Translations under genes and position numbers: made by a program
Part shown: positions 9,889 through 18,982 of the stretch, one piece after another
How the letters are laid out: the number at the start of each line of letters is the position of its first letter
Numbering within the stretch: the stretch's first letter is position 1
Origin: Thermoplasmatota archaeon
Lineage (GTDB): Archaea > Thermoplasmatota > E2 > DHVEG-1
Assembly (NCBI GenBank): GCA_029762575.1
Contig: JARVGL010000002.1
Coordinates: 1-55,631 of the forward strand
Reading direction: 5' to 3'
Length of the DNA: 55,631 nt
The notes under the pieces: model-generated
What the model was told of the DNA's origin: nothing
Seen by the model: only the letters and a program-made list of their open reading frames with translations
The model's database searches: none

Positions 9889-10812
9889 TTACCCCCGTTC
9901 CTCATCAAGCATGCCTACTATCTCGATATCTTCTTCGAATCTTCTCTCGTTTTCATCTTCTTGAAAGTCAAACGGGGAAATAAAACTTATTCCTTGTTTG
10001 GCATAGAGTGTTCCATGGGTCACTGCGGTCTTTGAGAGATGGATCTTTTGTGCGGTGATGGTTGAACCCATTACGGCTTCCTCATCAATTCGAATGATGC
10101 CTGATGTTTTTACTGGACCTTTTACATCAACATGTTTACCACAATAGATCTCGCCATCTGCCTGAATACCACCATGGATACGTGTGTTATCTCCGATGAA
10201 TGCCTTTCCTTTTGCTTCAAGGGTCCCACGAAGTATACATTTCTTTCCAATACGTATATCTCCATCTGTCTGAGATGTTTGTGACCCGATCATTGAACTA
10301 TTTGGTATGAATAAAAAGACCTCTGAAATCGGTATGGTGTCCCCTTCACTATCTTCCATCTCATCAAGTAACCGTTCGATCTCTGCACTATGTCCCATTT
10401 TCAGAAGTTGTGAGAGATATATGAAGATATAGATAACTATAGGGATGGGGCTTCGGATATTGATCCATCCTTTCGCCTCAAATCCTTTTTTAACTTCAAC
10501 ACTATCACCTACATCGAGATCCCCTGTCACAGATAAACGATCATCTACTGTTACCTTTTCTGCTAGATAGACATTTGCATTACTTTTCACACTCCCGCGA
10601 ACACGGGTGAAGATATCAACCCGGATATCTCCAGCACTTTCGATATCTCCATCAATGATTGCATGTTCTCCAATGAACACCCTGCCATCAGTCTTTATCC
10701 CAAATTGAATAAGACATCGATCTCCGATGATGACATCGCCAGTAGTATTGATTGCTTTTTCATCAAACACTGTATTATCAGGAATGACAAGCGTCCGTCT
10801 ATCAAAAACCAT
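9889..10812 (-). CDS. Bactofilin-like (polymer-forming, beta-helix) protein with two repeat domains and a central hydrophobic segment
   Basis: 307 aa. Two blocks of short G-D-x-I/V beta-helix repeats (TGDVIIGDRCLI, GRVFIGEHAIIDGDIES; then GDIRIGKKCILRGTLEAKGKAFIGDNTRIHGGIQADGEIYCG) are separated by GWINIRSPIPIVIYIFIYLSQLL (10402-10470). Acidic tail. Confidence 0.6.
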   Translation of the reverse strand: MVFDRRTLVIPDNTVFDEKAINTTGDVIIGDRCLIQFGIKTDGRVFIGEHAIIDGDIESAGDIRVDIFTRVRGSVKSNANVYLAEKVTVDDRLSVTGDLDVGDSVEVKKGFEAKGWINIRSPIPIVIYIFIYLSQLLKMGHSAEIERLLDEMEDSEGDTIPISEVFLFIPNSSMIGSQTSQTDGDIRIGKKCILRGTLEAKGKAFIGDNTRIHGGIQADGEIYCGKHVDVKGPVKTSGIIRIDEEAVMGSTITAQKIHLSKTAVTHGTLYAKQGISFISPFDFQEDENERRFEEDIEIVGMLDEERG

Positions 10813-10893
10813 ACCGTATGGGTATCAGTTCCGTTGTTATAAATGCAGCGGAATCAATAAATATGCAAATAGATAAATAAAATATGATGAAGG

Positions 10894-11361
10894 TTACTCG
10901 TGTAACCATTTCTCATCGATACGAGTATACACTGCAAGTTCTTTATCGCTGAACCAGAGGTTTATCTCAAAGGCTGCAGTATCTGGTCCATCTGAACCAT
11001 GAATGATGTTTCGCCCAATGAACTGTCCGAAATCACCGCGTATCGTACCCGGTAACGCTTCTATTGGATTTGTTTTTCCCATCATCGTTCGCACCATCTC
11101 TATGACATTGTCGCCTTCAAAGACCATCGCAACAACAGGAGATGATATGATATAGGAGACGGTCGGCTCAAAAAATGGCTTGCCCTTATGGATACCATAA
11201 TGTTTCTCTGCAAGATCTCTATCAACTGCAACAAGCTTCAATCCCACAAGTTTGATACCTCTTCGCTCGAAACGAGATATGATATCTCCGATGAATCCTC
11301 GTTGAACAGCATCAGGTTTTATCATGACAAATGTCCGTTCTTTAACCATAATATTCACCAT
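10894..11361 (-). CDS. ndk: Nucleoside diphosphate kinase
   Basis: [10 protein letters not shown]...NIIHGSDG (active-site His). 155 aa. An alternative ATG is at 11349. Confidence 0.9.
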   Translation of the reverse strand: MVNIMVKERTFVMIKPDAVQRGFIGDIISRFERRGIKLVGLKLVAVDRDLAEKHYGIHKGKPFFEPTVSYIISSPVVAMVFEGDNVIEMVRTMMGKTNPIEALPGTIRGDFGQFIGRNIIHGSDGPDTAAFEINLWFSDKELAVYTRIDEKWLHE

Positions 11362-11414
11362 AACACTAAATCATTAACCAGATGCATAATTAATTGATTT
11401 AAAGAATTAACGCT

Positions 11415-12173
11415 TCAGGTAAGAACCGTTTTTCCTATAATATATAAGGTAACACTTATCAAATTGAATAACATATGAGCACTAATAGCTGCATAGAGAT
11501 TCTTTGTTTTAAGTACGATATAACCAAGAAGGATACCAATAAGTCCAGTCATTACTGCAGGGACCACATTTCCTGAAGAAAGATGTGCAAGTCCAAATAA
11601 CAAAGATGTTACAACGATGGATACGTTATTGCCGTACAATGAACTGATCTTCTCAAGTAGAAACCCTCGAAAAAAAATCTCTTCAGCTATTGGTTGAAAC
11701 GTACTAATCAAAAGAAGGGAAGGTAGGGAAAAATAAAGCTCCAGATCCTTGATATTTCCCGCTTCCTCCGTGTTCACACCTACTAGTTGCAGTATCACAC
11801 TCAAACCAAGCATCACAACAAAAGCAGCTATTGCAGTAATAACACCCCAGGCTAGAGCCCTATCCAATCCTTCGGTTCGTAACCGTAATCTTGAAAACAT
11901 CTCCTTAGGACGAAGACGATTCACAAGAGCATACCAAAGCAAGGGAACTAAGATAAAGAGGAATACGACAAAAACGAACTGTAAAAGCAGGATGGCAACT
12001 TCAAAAAACACACTATAACTAGGATCGGTCGGAGGAATTTGACCTGTAGTTGAACCCACGAATATACCGTTAAAGAACGTTAAGATAGGTATTACAATAA
12101 ATACAAAGAGAGATGCAGCTACAAATAGTAGAGCAAACAGATGAGTCGGATTGCGATGATTAAAATCCATCAA
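11415..12173 (-). CDS. CPBP-family intramembrane glutamic endopeptidase (CAAX protease-like)
   Basis: 252 aa, polytopic. Motifs AEEIFFRGFLL, LLFGLAHL and SAHMLFNL. Confidence 0.75.
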   Translation of the reverse strand: MMDFNHRNPTHLFALLFVAASLFVFIVIPILTFFNGIFVGSTTGQIPPTDPSYSVFFEVAILLLQFVFVVFLFILVPLLWYALVNRLRPKEMFSRLRLRTEGLDRALAWGVITAIAAFVVMLGLSVILQLVGVNTEEAGNIKDLELYFSLPSLLLISTFQPIAEEIFFRGFLLEKISSLYGNNVSIVVTSLLFGLAHLSSGNVVPAVMTGLIGILLGYIVLKTKNLYAAISAHMLFNLISVTLYIIGKTVLT

Positions 12174-12203
12174 TTACCAGCAATCATCAAGGTTTAATAA
12201 AAG

Positions 12204-12214
12204 TTTTTAAATAT
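12204..12214 (+). promoter_or_regulatory. Candidate TATA box for tRNA-Pro
   Basis: TTTTTAAATAT lies 30-40 nt upstream of the mature tRNA 5' end. Confidence 0.3.
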
Positions 12215-12243
12215 GGTTGATAGATACCACATCAAGTAGCTTT

Positions 12244-12318
12244 GGGCCCGTGGGGTAGCTTGGTCCATCCTTTTAGCTTTGGGAGCTAGAGACTCCGGTT
12301 CAAATTCGGACGGGCCCA
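12244..12318 (+). tRNA. tRNA-Pro (anticodon UGG)
   Basis: Hand-folded cloverleaf. Acceptor GGGCCCG/CGGGCCC plus A73. D-loop has A14, G18, G19, A21. Anticodon stem TTAGC/GCTAG with loop TT-TGG-GA. T-arm TCCGG-TTCAAAT-TCGGA. 75 nt, no intron, no encoded CCA. Confidence 0.9.
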
Positions 12319-12452
12319 TTATCTTTTTTATCCATATGCTATGATTCTTTGATGAATATACAGAAATGTGATCATATGGACCTTCAAAGCTAGGAATAAA
12401 TGTTTGATGTGACAACAACGTTAATGTATCAAAACACAAATCCCTTCATCCT

Positions 12453-13106
12453 ATGAACATCCAATATATCTATGGAAAACAGTATGATTCCAATATCTTT
12501 ATCATCATAGGCAAAAAGACAACGGTCATCGATACGGGAACAGGGTTATATCATGAAGAAATAATCAAAAAATTAAAGGATATCATTGATCCCACCGATA
12601 TCTCCCAGATCATTCTTACCCATGAACATTATGATCACACAGGGGGAGTAAAAAAACTATTCGATTCAACTGAGGGAAAGGCTGAGATCATCGCTCATGC
12701 ATTTGCTTCCAGTAAGATTGAAAAAGGTGAGAGTTTTTTTGCAAAACTACTAGGTGGGGAGATGCCAAAGATGCATGTTGATTTAAAACTTAATGGAACT
12801 GAAATACTCCAGATAGGTGATGAGATGGTCCAGGTGTTTTCAACACCAGGTCATACACCTGGATGTATCTGCCTTTATAACAAAGAACAGAAAACGTTAT
12901 TTTCTGGAGATACTGTGTTTGCCAATGGGTCGTTTGGTCGATATGATCTACCCGGTGGAAATCTCACAGAACTCAAACAATCAATTCGATTCCTACATAC
13001 TCTAGATATTGAATCTCTCTATCCAGGTCATGAATCAGTAGTTGAAAAAGATGCAAATAAACACATCGCTCTCTCTTTACAACAAATTGAATCATTGAGG
13101 TTTTAA
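12453..13106 (+). CDS. MBL-fold metallo-hydrolase (glyoxalase II-like)
   Basis: 217 aa. THEHYDHTGG metal motif, later TPGHTPG and GDTVF. Confidence 0.7.
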   Translation: MNIQYIYGKQYDSNIFIIIGKKTTVIDTGTGLYHEEIIKKLKDIIDPTDISQIILTHEHYDHTGGVKKLFDSTEGKAEIIAHAFASSKIEKGESFFAKLLGGEMPKMHVDLKLNGTEILQIGDEMVQVFSTPGHTPGCICLYNKEQKTLFSGDTVFANGSFGRYDLPGGNLTELKQSIRFLHTLDIESLYPGHESVVEKDANKHIALSLQQIESLRF

Positions 13107-13113
13107 AAGACAT

Positions 13114-13356
13114 ATGAATAAGATCCGTGATATCCTAAATGCGTTACAATGGGACAAAAAAGAAGATATCTCAGAAGTAAAGATTTTCTATATCGATAGA
13201 GGGGCAGTTCAAGACACTACCGTGATCACTGGAAGAGATATCAGGTCTGTTCATAAAACGTTTATTGAAACTAAAGAAGCTATGATACCACATCATCGAG
13301 TACTACGTATCATCTATAAGAACACAGTTGTATTTGACCGGTATCAGCATATTTAA
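13114..13356 (+). CDS. DUF504 / MJ1316-type RNA cyclic-phosphate-end recognition domain protein
   Basis: 80 aa. The pattern ILNALQWDKKED..IFYIDRGA...IPHHRVLRIIYKNTVVFDR matches my memory of the MJ1316/UPF0248 family. Starts 7 nt after the upstream MBL gene. Confidence 0.55.
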   Translation: MNKIRDILNALQWDKKEDISEVKIFYIDRGAVQDTTVITGRDIRSVHKTFIETKEAMIPHHRVLRIIYKNTVVFDRYQHI

Positions 13357-13411
13357 ATCAATAACTTTTTATCATTTCTTACTCTTGATTGTGTATATCA
13401 GTTGGGATACC

Positions 13412-14266
13412 ATGAGGATACAACCCATTGCATCCGAGTCACTTGGAGTTCGATCGATGTGTGTCTTTGTTGAGACAAAGGATTGTAGACTTCTCCTTGA
13501 TCCTTCCGCAGCATTAGGGCCAAAACGATACAAGCTTCCTCCAGCTGATCTTGAGATACAGACCTTAAAGAACATAAAAGAAGAGATACGTAAGAAAGCA
13601 GATAAAAGCGATATTTTTTCAATATCACATTATCATTATGACCATTATGATCCATCTGAAGAGTTCTATCAAGGAAAAACCGTATTTGCCAAAGATATAC
13701 AAAAAGATATCAATCTATCTCAGCGAAAAAGGGGAAAAGAATTTCAAAACAGGATAGAACAGACCTGTGATATCATCCCTTCAGATGATGGAGCGTTCAT
13801 CTCTGGAGATACGACGATAACGTTTTCACCACCCTTTTTCCATGGCCCTTCAAACATCCGTTTAGGCTTTGTGGTCATGGTGACCATTGATGATACAACA
13901 CAACGGGTGCTGCATGCTTCCGACGTACAAGGACCTGTGACCGAGCAAGCAAGGGATTATATCATTTCTCAGAGACCAGATATCCTTATCATGGATGGTC
14001 CACCAACGTTTTTTCTAGGGTGGAGATTCAGTTATAAAAACCTAGCTAGAGCATCAAATAACCTTATAGAAATCATTGAAAAGACACAATGTAAGGTACT
14101 GTTAGATCATCATCTCCTTCGCGATATCTCCTATCGATCCCATTTTCCAGATCCTTATACGCTATATCCTTCATCTATTCAGACCTTTGCTGAATTTCTT
14201 GGAACGAAGAACAAGGCTCTTGAAGCATATAGAAAGCAACTATGGGACGACCAACAAACAGATTAG
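13412..14266 (+). CDS. UPF0282/COG2248-type MBL-superfamily hydrolase
   Basis: The likely start is the internal ATG (MRIQPIASESLGVRSMCVFVETKDCRLLLDPSAALGPKRY), with SHYHYDHYDP later. The track ORF begins at 13328, but that hydrophobic extension overlaps the DUF504 gene. Confidence 0.65.
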   Translation: MRIQPIASESLGVRSMCVFVETKDCRLLLDPSAALGPKRYKLPPADLEIQTLKNIKEEIRKKADKSDIFSISHYHYDHYDPSEEFYQGKTVFAKDIQKDINLSQRKRGKEFQNRIEQTCDIIPSDDGAFISGDTTITFSPPFFHGPSNIRLGFVVMVTIDDTTQRVLHASDVQGPVTEQARDYIISQRPDILIMDGPPTFFLGWRFSYKNLARASNNLIEIIEKTQCKVLLDHHLLRDISYRSHFPDPYTLYPSSIQTFAEFLGTKNKALEAYRKQLWDDQQTD

Positions 14267-14538
14267 TCTTTGATTTCAAAAACGTTACAATTAACTGAGG
14301 TCTCCATAGGTATCGATATCACTTCTTTCACAGTGGCTTGAGATGGTCCTGTTTGGCACCAGTCCACCATTTGTTCAACCTTTTCCCTTTCTCCTTCGAA
14401 AATGGCTTCGACTCGTCCGTCATCGGTATTTCGTACCCAACCAGTTATTCCTAATGCAGCTGCTTGTTTTTTTATCTGTTCTCTGAAATATACACCTTGT
14501 ACTTTTCCTGATATCATTACGTGGACAGTATATGACAT
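14263..14538 (-). CDS. acyP: Acylphosphatase
   Basis: 91 aa. VSGKVQGVYFR and GWVRN signature motifs. Confidence 0.85.
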   Translation of the reverse strand: MSYTVHVMISGKVQGVYFREQIKKQAAALGITGWVRNTDDGRVEAIFEGEREKVEQMVDWCQTGPSQATVKEVISIPMETSVNCNVFEIKD

Positions 14539-14564
14539 ATCTATGTTCCTCCAAATTATTTTTA

Positions 14565-15899
14565 CTAGGGGCTGTAACGATTCATCGTTCGGGGAAATGC
14601 AATGGCATCCTTAATAGTATCAAGACGACAGATCCATGCAACCACCCTTTCAACCCCTACTCCATATCCTGAATGAGGCACCGAACCATATCGGCGAAGA
14701 TCGAAATACCATTGGTAGTTCTCAATTTTTTCTCCAGTCTCTTGCAGACGTTTTTTCATATAGTCTATATCAAGACCTCGTTGTGACCCACCAATGATTT
14801 CTCCATATCCTTCAGGGGCTATCATATCAAAGCAAAGAGCCGTCTTTGGGTTCAAAGGATCTGGTGGTTTATAGAAAGCCATTATCTCAAGAGGGTAATT
14901 TGTCACAACCACTGGCGTCTCAAAATATTGCATAAGAGTATTCTCCTCAAGGGTCCGAAGGTCCTTTCCCCATTGGATATTCATTCCTGCTTTTTCATTT
15001 AAGAGGGAGATAGCTTCATCATAGGTGATTGTCGGGAAGGGGGTGTTTGCCATTTTCTTTAACTTCTCACTGTCCTGGCCCAGAACAGTAAGTTCTCGAG
15101 GGTTTTTTTCAAGGACTTGTTGTATGATGAAACGGATCTCATCTTTAGCAACCTGGGTCAGTTCATCTAGTTCCATCCATGCTGCTTCCATCTCAGCCAT
15201 CCAGAACTCAGAAAGATGCCGAGATGTCTTTGATCTCTCCGCTCGAAACGTTGGACCCATATTGTATACCTTTCCAAGTGAGAATACTGCGGCCTCTGCA
15301 TATAACTGCCAGGATTGCGAAAGAAATGTTTTCGTATCGTAATATTTAACCTCGAAAAGAGTGGATCCACCTTCGCATTGGTTTGGTTGTAACACTGGTG
15401 CATCGAACTCGATATATCCATTATCTCGGAAAAAGGTATGGATCGCGCCAACTACTGTTGAACGCACTTTAAAGACTGCATTTAGCTTCTGGGATCGTAT
15501 CCATAGATGACGTTTATCCATGAGGAACTCAGGGCTTTGATCCTCAGTGATGGGAAACACCTCTGCGAATTGGATGACATGAAATGATTCCACCCTGAGT
15601 TCGTATCCCCCAGGTGCTCGTTTATCCTCTACCACTACTCCTGTGACAATGACGGAGGATTCAATGAGTGCTTTCTTCGCATCCTCGAATTCATCATCTT
15701 TTAGATTCCCTCGTTTCACTGTTGCTTGGATGATATTTGTACCATCACGGATAACAGTGAATACAATGTTACCGCTACTTCGTGTTCGATAGATCCAACC
15801 CTTGATAGAGACAACTTGATCTGTTTTTCCTCCATCAAGTATTTCAGTTATCTGGACAGGTGTGCTCTTAGGCATATCTTTCAAATCCACCATACGCAT
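14565..15899 (-). CDS. asnS: Asparaginyl-tRNA synthetase (class IIb)
   Basis: 444 aa. FRAERSKTSRHLSEFWMAEME (motif 2), EIIGGSQRG, and YGSVPHSGYGVGVERVVAW..AFPRT. The GGSQR/WY.DLRRYG pattern favours AsnRS over AspRS. Confidence 0.75.
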   Translation of the reverse strand: MRMVDLKDMPKSTPVQITEILDGGKTDQVVSIKGWIYRTRSSGNIVFTVIRDGTNIIQATVKRGNLKDDEFEDAKKALIESSVIVTGVVVEDKRAPGGYELRVESFHVIQFAEVFPITEDQSPEFLMDKRHLWIRSQKLNAVFKVRSTVVGAIHTFFRDNGYIEFDAPVLQPNQCEGGSTLFEVKYYDTKTFLSQSWQLYAEAAVFSLGKVYNMGPTFRAERSKTSRHLSEFWMAEMEAAWMELDELTQVAKDEIRFIIQQVLEKNPRELTVLGQDSEKLKKMANTPFPTITYDEAISLLNEKAGMNIQWGKDLRTLEENTLMQYFETPVVVTNYPLEIMAFYKPPDPLNPKTALCFDMIAPEGYGEIIGGSQRGLDIDYMKKRLQETGEKIENYQWYFDLRRYGSVPHSGYGVGVERVVAWICRLDTIKDAIAFPRTMNRYSP

Positions 15900-15986
15900 T
15901 GGTTTTGTACATCCGAAATAACGTTACCCTATAAAAAATTCATTCATTTAAACAAAACAGGATACAATACAAGCTATTAACAGGCC

Positions 15987-17252
15987 CTATTCAAATAAGA
16001 GTTGATCAGCATGGTCTAGGATTTTTTCTTTATATTGTTCATCAGTGATAATCATTAGATCCCAATCCGGTATCGAACGGATACGAATAGCATCTGCTAC
16101 CGGCGTAAACGCTGAAAGCGGCTCGATATGGGTTTCATCAACAACAGGTATATCTGTCTCTGTTATTCGTGGTTCGGCTTGAAGCAACTCCCGTCTAGGA
16201 ATATCAATGATGACATGGCCAGATGGGATGTTTAAAGTTTGTTCAAATGCTTGTTCTTTCTTCTGGCGGATGAGAGGATCCTCCAAAGATTTGATAAGAG
16301 CACTTGTCCTTTCATCTCTTTGATGGGCAGAGAGCATATATGCTTGTTTGAACAATTGACGATATTTCAAACGAGTGATGATCTCCTTTTGAAAACTTCC
16401 TTTTTCCTTTAGCGCATTCACGAGTTCAGCATCGGTCATTTTAAAATAGGGGAGCGGGTCGATATCATGTATCATCTCTATTGCTTTTGATAGCATGAGT
16501 TCACCTATGCGAACGGTTTTATGGAAATAGACTGAGGAGTACATAAGGGATCGGGCCATGAGAACATTTTCCACCGATCCTACTCCTTTTCTATGGATGG
16601 CAAGACGATTATCGTAAATCCCGATCGTTTGGAAAAACCGTTGACTATCGATCATACCATATGCAACACCGGTATAATGGGAATCCCTCAGAAGATAATC
16701 AAGTTGGTCGACATCAATGACACTGTTTAAGAGTTGACCTAGATACACCTGTTCCTTTACCTTTCCTGAGATTATCTGGGTAATACGATGTATATCAATA
16801 CCTTGACGCTCTAGGATATCTTTGATGCCTTGATAGTTAGCAAACGCAGGGAAATTTCGTTCATCTTCATGAAAAATAGAGTAATCCCCCTCTATTAGTT
16901 TCCTGGTAAGGTCTACATGGTCCACATGTAATGAATCTCTTAGGAGGGATTCCAACGTATGGGAAAAAGGACCATGGCCGATATCATGGAGAAGAGCGGC
17001 ACACATAAGGGATGTTTTTTCATCAGGCACAAGTGGTAATGAATCCGAGAGCATCGTTGCCATATAAAAGGTGCCAAGGGAATGCTCTAAGCGTGTGTGA
17101 TGAGCTCCAGGAAAAACCAGATGTGCTAGACCAAGTTGTTTGATATTACTTAGGCGTTGGATCTCTGGAGTTTCGATGAGTTCAATAAAGAACCCTGAGA
17201 CCTTGATATTCCCATGAATGGAATCTCTGATTATCTTATGATTCATTTTCAT
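15987..17252 (-). CDS. HD-domain phosphohydrolase (dNTP triphosphohydrolase/SAMHD1-like, COG1078)
   Basis: 421 aa. HTRLEHSLGT and ALLHDIGHGPFSH motifs. Confidence 0.7.
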   Translation of the reverse strand: MKMNHKIIRDSIHGNIKVSGFFIELIETPEIQRLSNIKQLGLAHLVFPGAHHTRLEHSLGTFYMATMLSDSLPLVPDEKTSLMCAALLHDIGHGPFSHTLESLLRDSLHVDHVDLTRKLIEGDYSIFHEDERNFPAFANYQGIKDILERQGIDIHRITQIISGKVKEQVYLGQLLNSVIDVDQLDYLLRDSHYTGVAYGMIDSQRFFQTIGIYDNRLAIHRKGVGSVENVLMARSLMYSSVYFHKTVRIGELMLSKAIEMIHDIDPLPYFKMTDAELVNALKEKGSFQKEIITRLKYRQLFKQAYMLSAHQRDERTSALIKSLEDPLIRQKKEQAFEQTLNIPSGHVIIDIPRRELLQAEPRITETDIPVVDETHIEPLSAFTPVADAIRIRSIPDWDLMIITDEQYKEKILDHADQLLFE

Positions 17253-17359
17253 ATGGCTATTCTTCTAGAGCAGAGTATCTATTCAATAGTATCATCTAAT
17301 CGATTCTTATTGGATTCTTCTATGGATAATAGGGTAAAAGAGGAAAAAGAAGTATTTGA

Positions 17360-18427
17360 TTATACTTCCTGTAAGAGAAATGCACCAAGACATCGGAGAT
17401 TATCCTCATAGGTATCTGGGTACATGAACCGTTCCGCTGCAGTGATACTACTTAGGATGGAGTTTCCATCTTGAGGTGTGAAGCAGAAACCAATCACCTC
17501 GTTGTCATTTATCACATGAACGCTAGGGAGAACTGCAACGGTTTGATTTAGGATACGACCATAATGTCCATGGTCACGACCATAGGAGAAGACAAGGTTT
17601 GCTGCTTGTTTTTGGGTGACAGCGATACGTGGGTCCTTATTGTATCTATCAATCACTTCCTCTTTTGTTATCTTTGAATCAAGTTTGATATCATACCAAA
17701 TGCTGTGCATATATTGAGTATTTAATTTCAAGGCACTTGAGAATACATTAAGCTTCATACCCAGTGTCTCGTACAAGTGATAGACATCACGGGCATGATG
17801 GGTACCCATCTGTTGATCTTTATGAACACCTACCTCTGGTGAAGGTACATAGCTTTTTACTTGACTGATATCGTTTGCACGACGGATACAAAGGAATTTA
17901 CCTTCTTTAAGAAGATTCTTCTGTTTCTCAATAGCCAATGTTTTTATTAAAACTGCGATATTATGAGTGTTACAACTGACGACATGGATGAATTGGTCCT
18001 TTGGTGTAATTGCTGTATCGTTGATACCAACTGCATACATCTTTCCAAAACCGAATTCAGAACCTTGCGCAAGAAAACCTTTGATCGTTTTCTTATATTT
18101 CAAATAATACTTTTCCTTGTTCATAAGGCCCGTGCCCTTTGGAGTGCAGTCAATGACAACCGATGCACGTTTGATTGCCTCTTCAGCTTCATAAAGCGGT
18201 TCTAGACCAATGTCTTGAAAATCCTTTACCTTATCATCGGAAACGGCAAGGTTAGCACCTCGATTGATCAACCCTTTAATCTTTGGACGATCTAGGATAT
18301 TTGTGGTATGTTTATAGAAGGTGACCTCGTCGATGCCAAGATCTTTTTTCGCATCACACAATAATCCTATCAACGGTTCCCCTATCGTCCCCGTTCCTAC
18401 GACATGAACAATATTTCCATCTGTCAT
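17360..18427 (-). CDS. Divergent type II (archaeal) GAPDH-like NAD(P) dehydrogenase
   Basis: 355 aa. Rossmann start VHVVGTGTIGEPL, VVIDCTPKGTG, and HVVSCNTHNI, which resembles the SCNTTG catalytic-Cys motif of archaeal GAPDH. Otherwise divergent. Confidence 0.45.
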   Translation of the reverse strand: MTDGNIVHVVGTGTIGEPLIGLLCDAKKDLGIDEVTFYKHTTNILDRPKIKGLINRGANLAVSDDKVKDFQDIGLEPLYEAEEAIKRASVVIDCTPKGTGLMNKEKYYLKYKKTIKGFLAQGSEFGFGKMYAVGINDTAITPKDQFIHVVSCNTHNIAVLIKTLAIEKQKNLLKEGKFLCIRRANDISQVKSYVPSPEVGVHKDQQMGTHHARDVYHLYETLGMKLNVFSSALKLNTQYMHSIWYDIKLDSKITKEEVIDRYNKDPRIAVTQKQAANLVFSYGRDHGHYGRILNQTVAVLPSVHVINDNEVIGFCFTPQDGNSILSSITAAERFMYPDTYEDNLRCLGAFLLQEV

Positions 18428-18580
18428 ATTTCACTCCTCCCCAAGTCAGAGTTGGCAGGTAATCATACTAGGCCTTTTAATTGTTATCCTTTTTTAGAAC
18501 TATTTCATTATAAAAAAATTAGGGAATGTAAGATACATCTAGGGAATGATTTAAAAAGGAGCAGCTATTTCCCCTCATCC

Positions 18581-18796
18581 ATGGCATTACCATTGGATGT
18601 TCTAGAAAAATCAGTGAACCAGAAGCTTTCATTACTGTTGAAAGATGGTCGAGTTATAGAAGGGACACTCTCAGGGTATGATGAATATATGAACATGGTT
18701 CTTGCAGATGTTGAAGAAAACACTGATGAAACAAAAAGAAGACTTGGTACCATCATCCTTAGAGGAAATAATGTAGTGAGTATTTCCATAATCTGA
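18581..18796 (+). CDS. Sm-like archaeal protein (LSm/SmAP)
   Basis: The internal ATG gives a 71-aa product, MALPLDVLEKSVNQKLSLLLKDGRVIEGTLSGYDEYMNMVLADVEE...IILRGNNVVSI (Sm1 and Sm2 motifs). The track ORF from 18404 has an implausible N-extension. Confidence 0.8.
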   Translation: MALPLDVLEKSVNQKLSLLLKDGRVIEGTLSGYDEYMNMVLADVEENTDETKRRLGTIILRGNNVVSISII

Positions 18797-18847
18797 TGGA
18801 ACCTTTCATTCACTCAAAAAACATCTTATTCTATCTCTTAGCTCCCT

Positions 18848-18982
18848 TTAGATTCTAGAAATTCTCTGCTTTGTATCTCTAGAAGGGTATCGGGAGGCAA
18901 AAATTATCGAAAAGCATATATACTGCATTTTAGTATTTGGTGATGGAAGGAATCGGGCTGGTAGTTTTTTGTTAGAGTGCAT
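18848..18982 (-). CDS. Candidate 44-aa basic micro-protein (hypothetical)
   Basis: Minus-strand ATG preceded by AGGAGG with a 7-nt spacer. Product MHSNKKLPARFLPSPNTKMQYICFSIIFASRYPSRDTKQRISRI. No recognisable family, so this could be chance. Confidence 0.2.
   Translation of the reverse strand: MHSNKKLPARFLPSPNTKMQYICFSIIFASRYPSRDTKQRISRI

Noticed and set aside
12194-12439. An 81-aa minus-strand ORF in the track.
   Set aside because: It lies antisense across tRNA-Pro (12244-12318), which explains the open frame.
14263-14266. Convergent gene-end overlaps: 14263-14266, 43193-43196 and 52236-52246. There is also a 1-nt TAATG overlap of the transketolase halves at 44149.
   Set aside because: These are common consequences of tight packing in compact archaeal genomes. 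They carry no functional implication beyond operon coupling for tkt.
18796-18858. A 20-codon ORF overlapping the lsm stop (TGATG). I expected rpl37e here, which often follows lsm in archaea.
   Set aside because: The translation MEPFIHSKNILFYLLAPFRF bears no resemblance to the zinc-ribbon protein L37e. It is too short and hydrophobic to support, and rpl37e must lie elsewhere.
18939-18950. GGTGATGG at the 5' side of the GC-rich element resembles the start of the fluoride (crcB) riboswitch.
   Set aside because: The rest of the consensus is absent (no AACCGCC-like or CUGAUGAU segment), and the downstream gene is hutU rather than a fluoride exporter.
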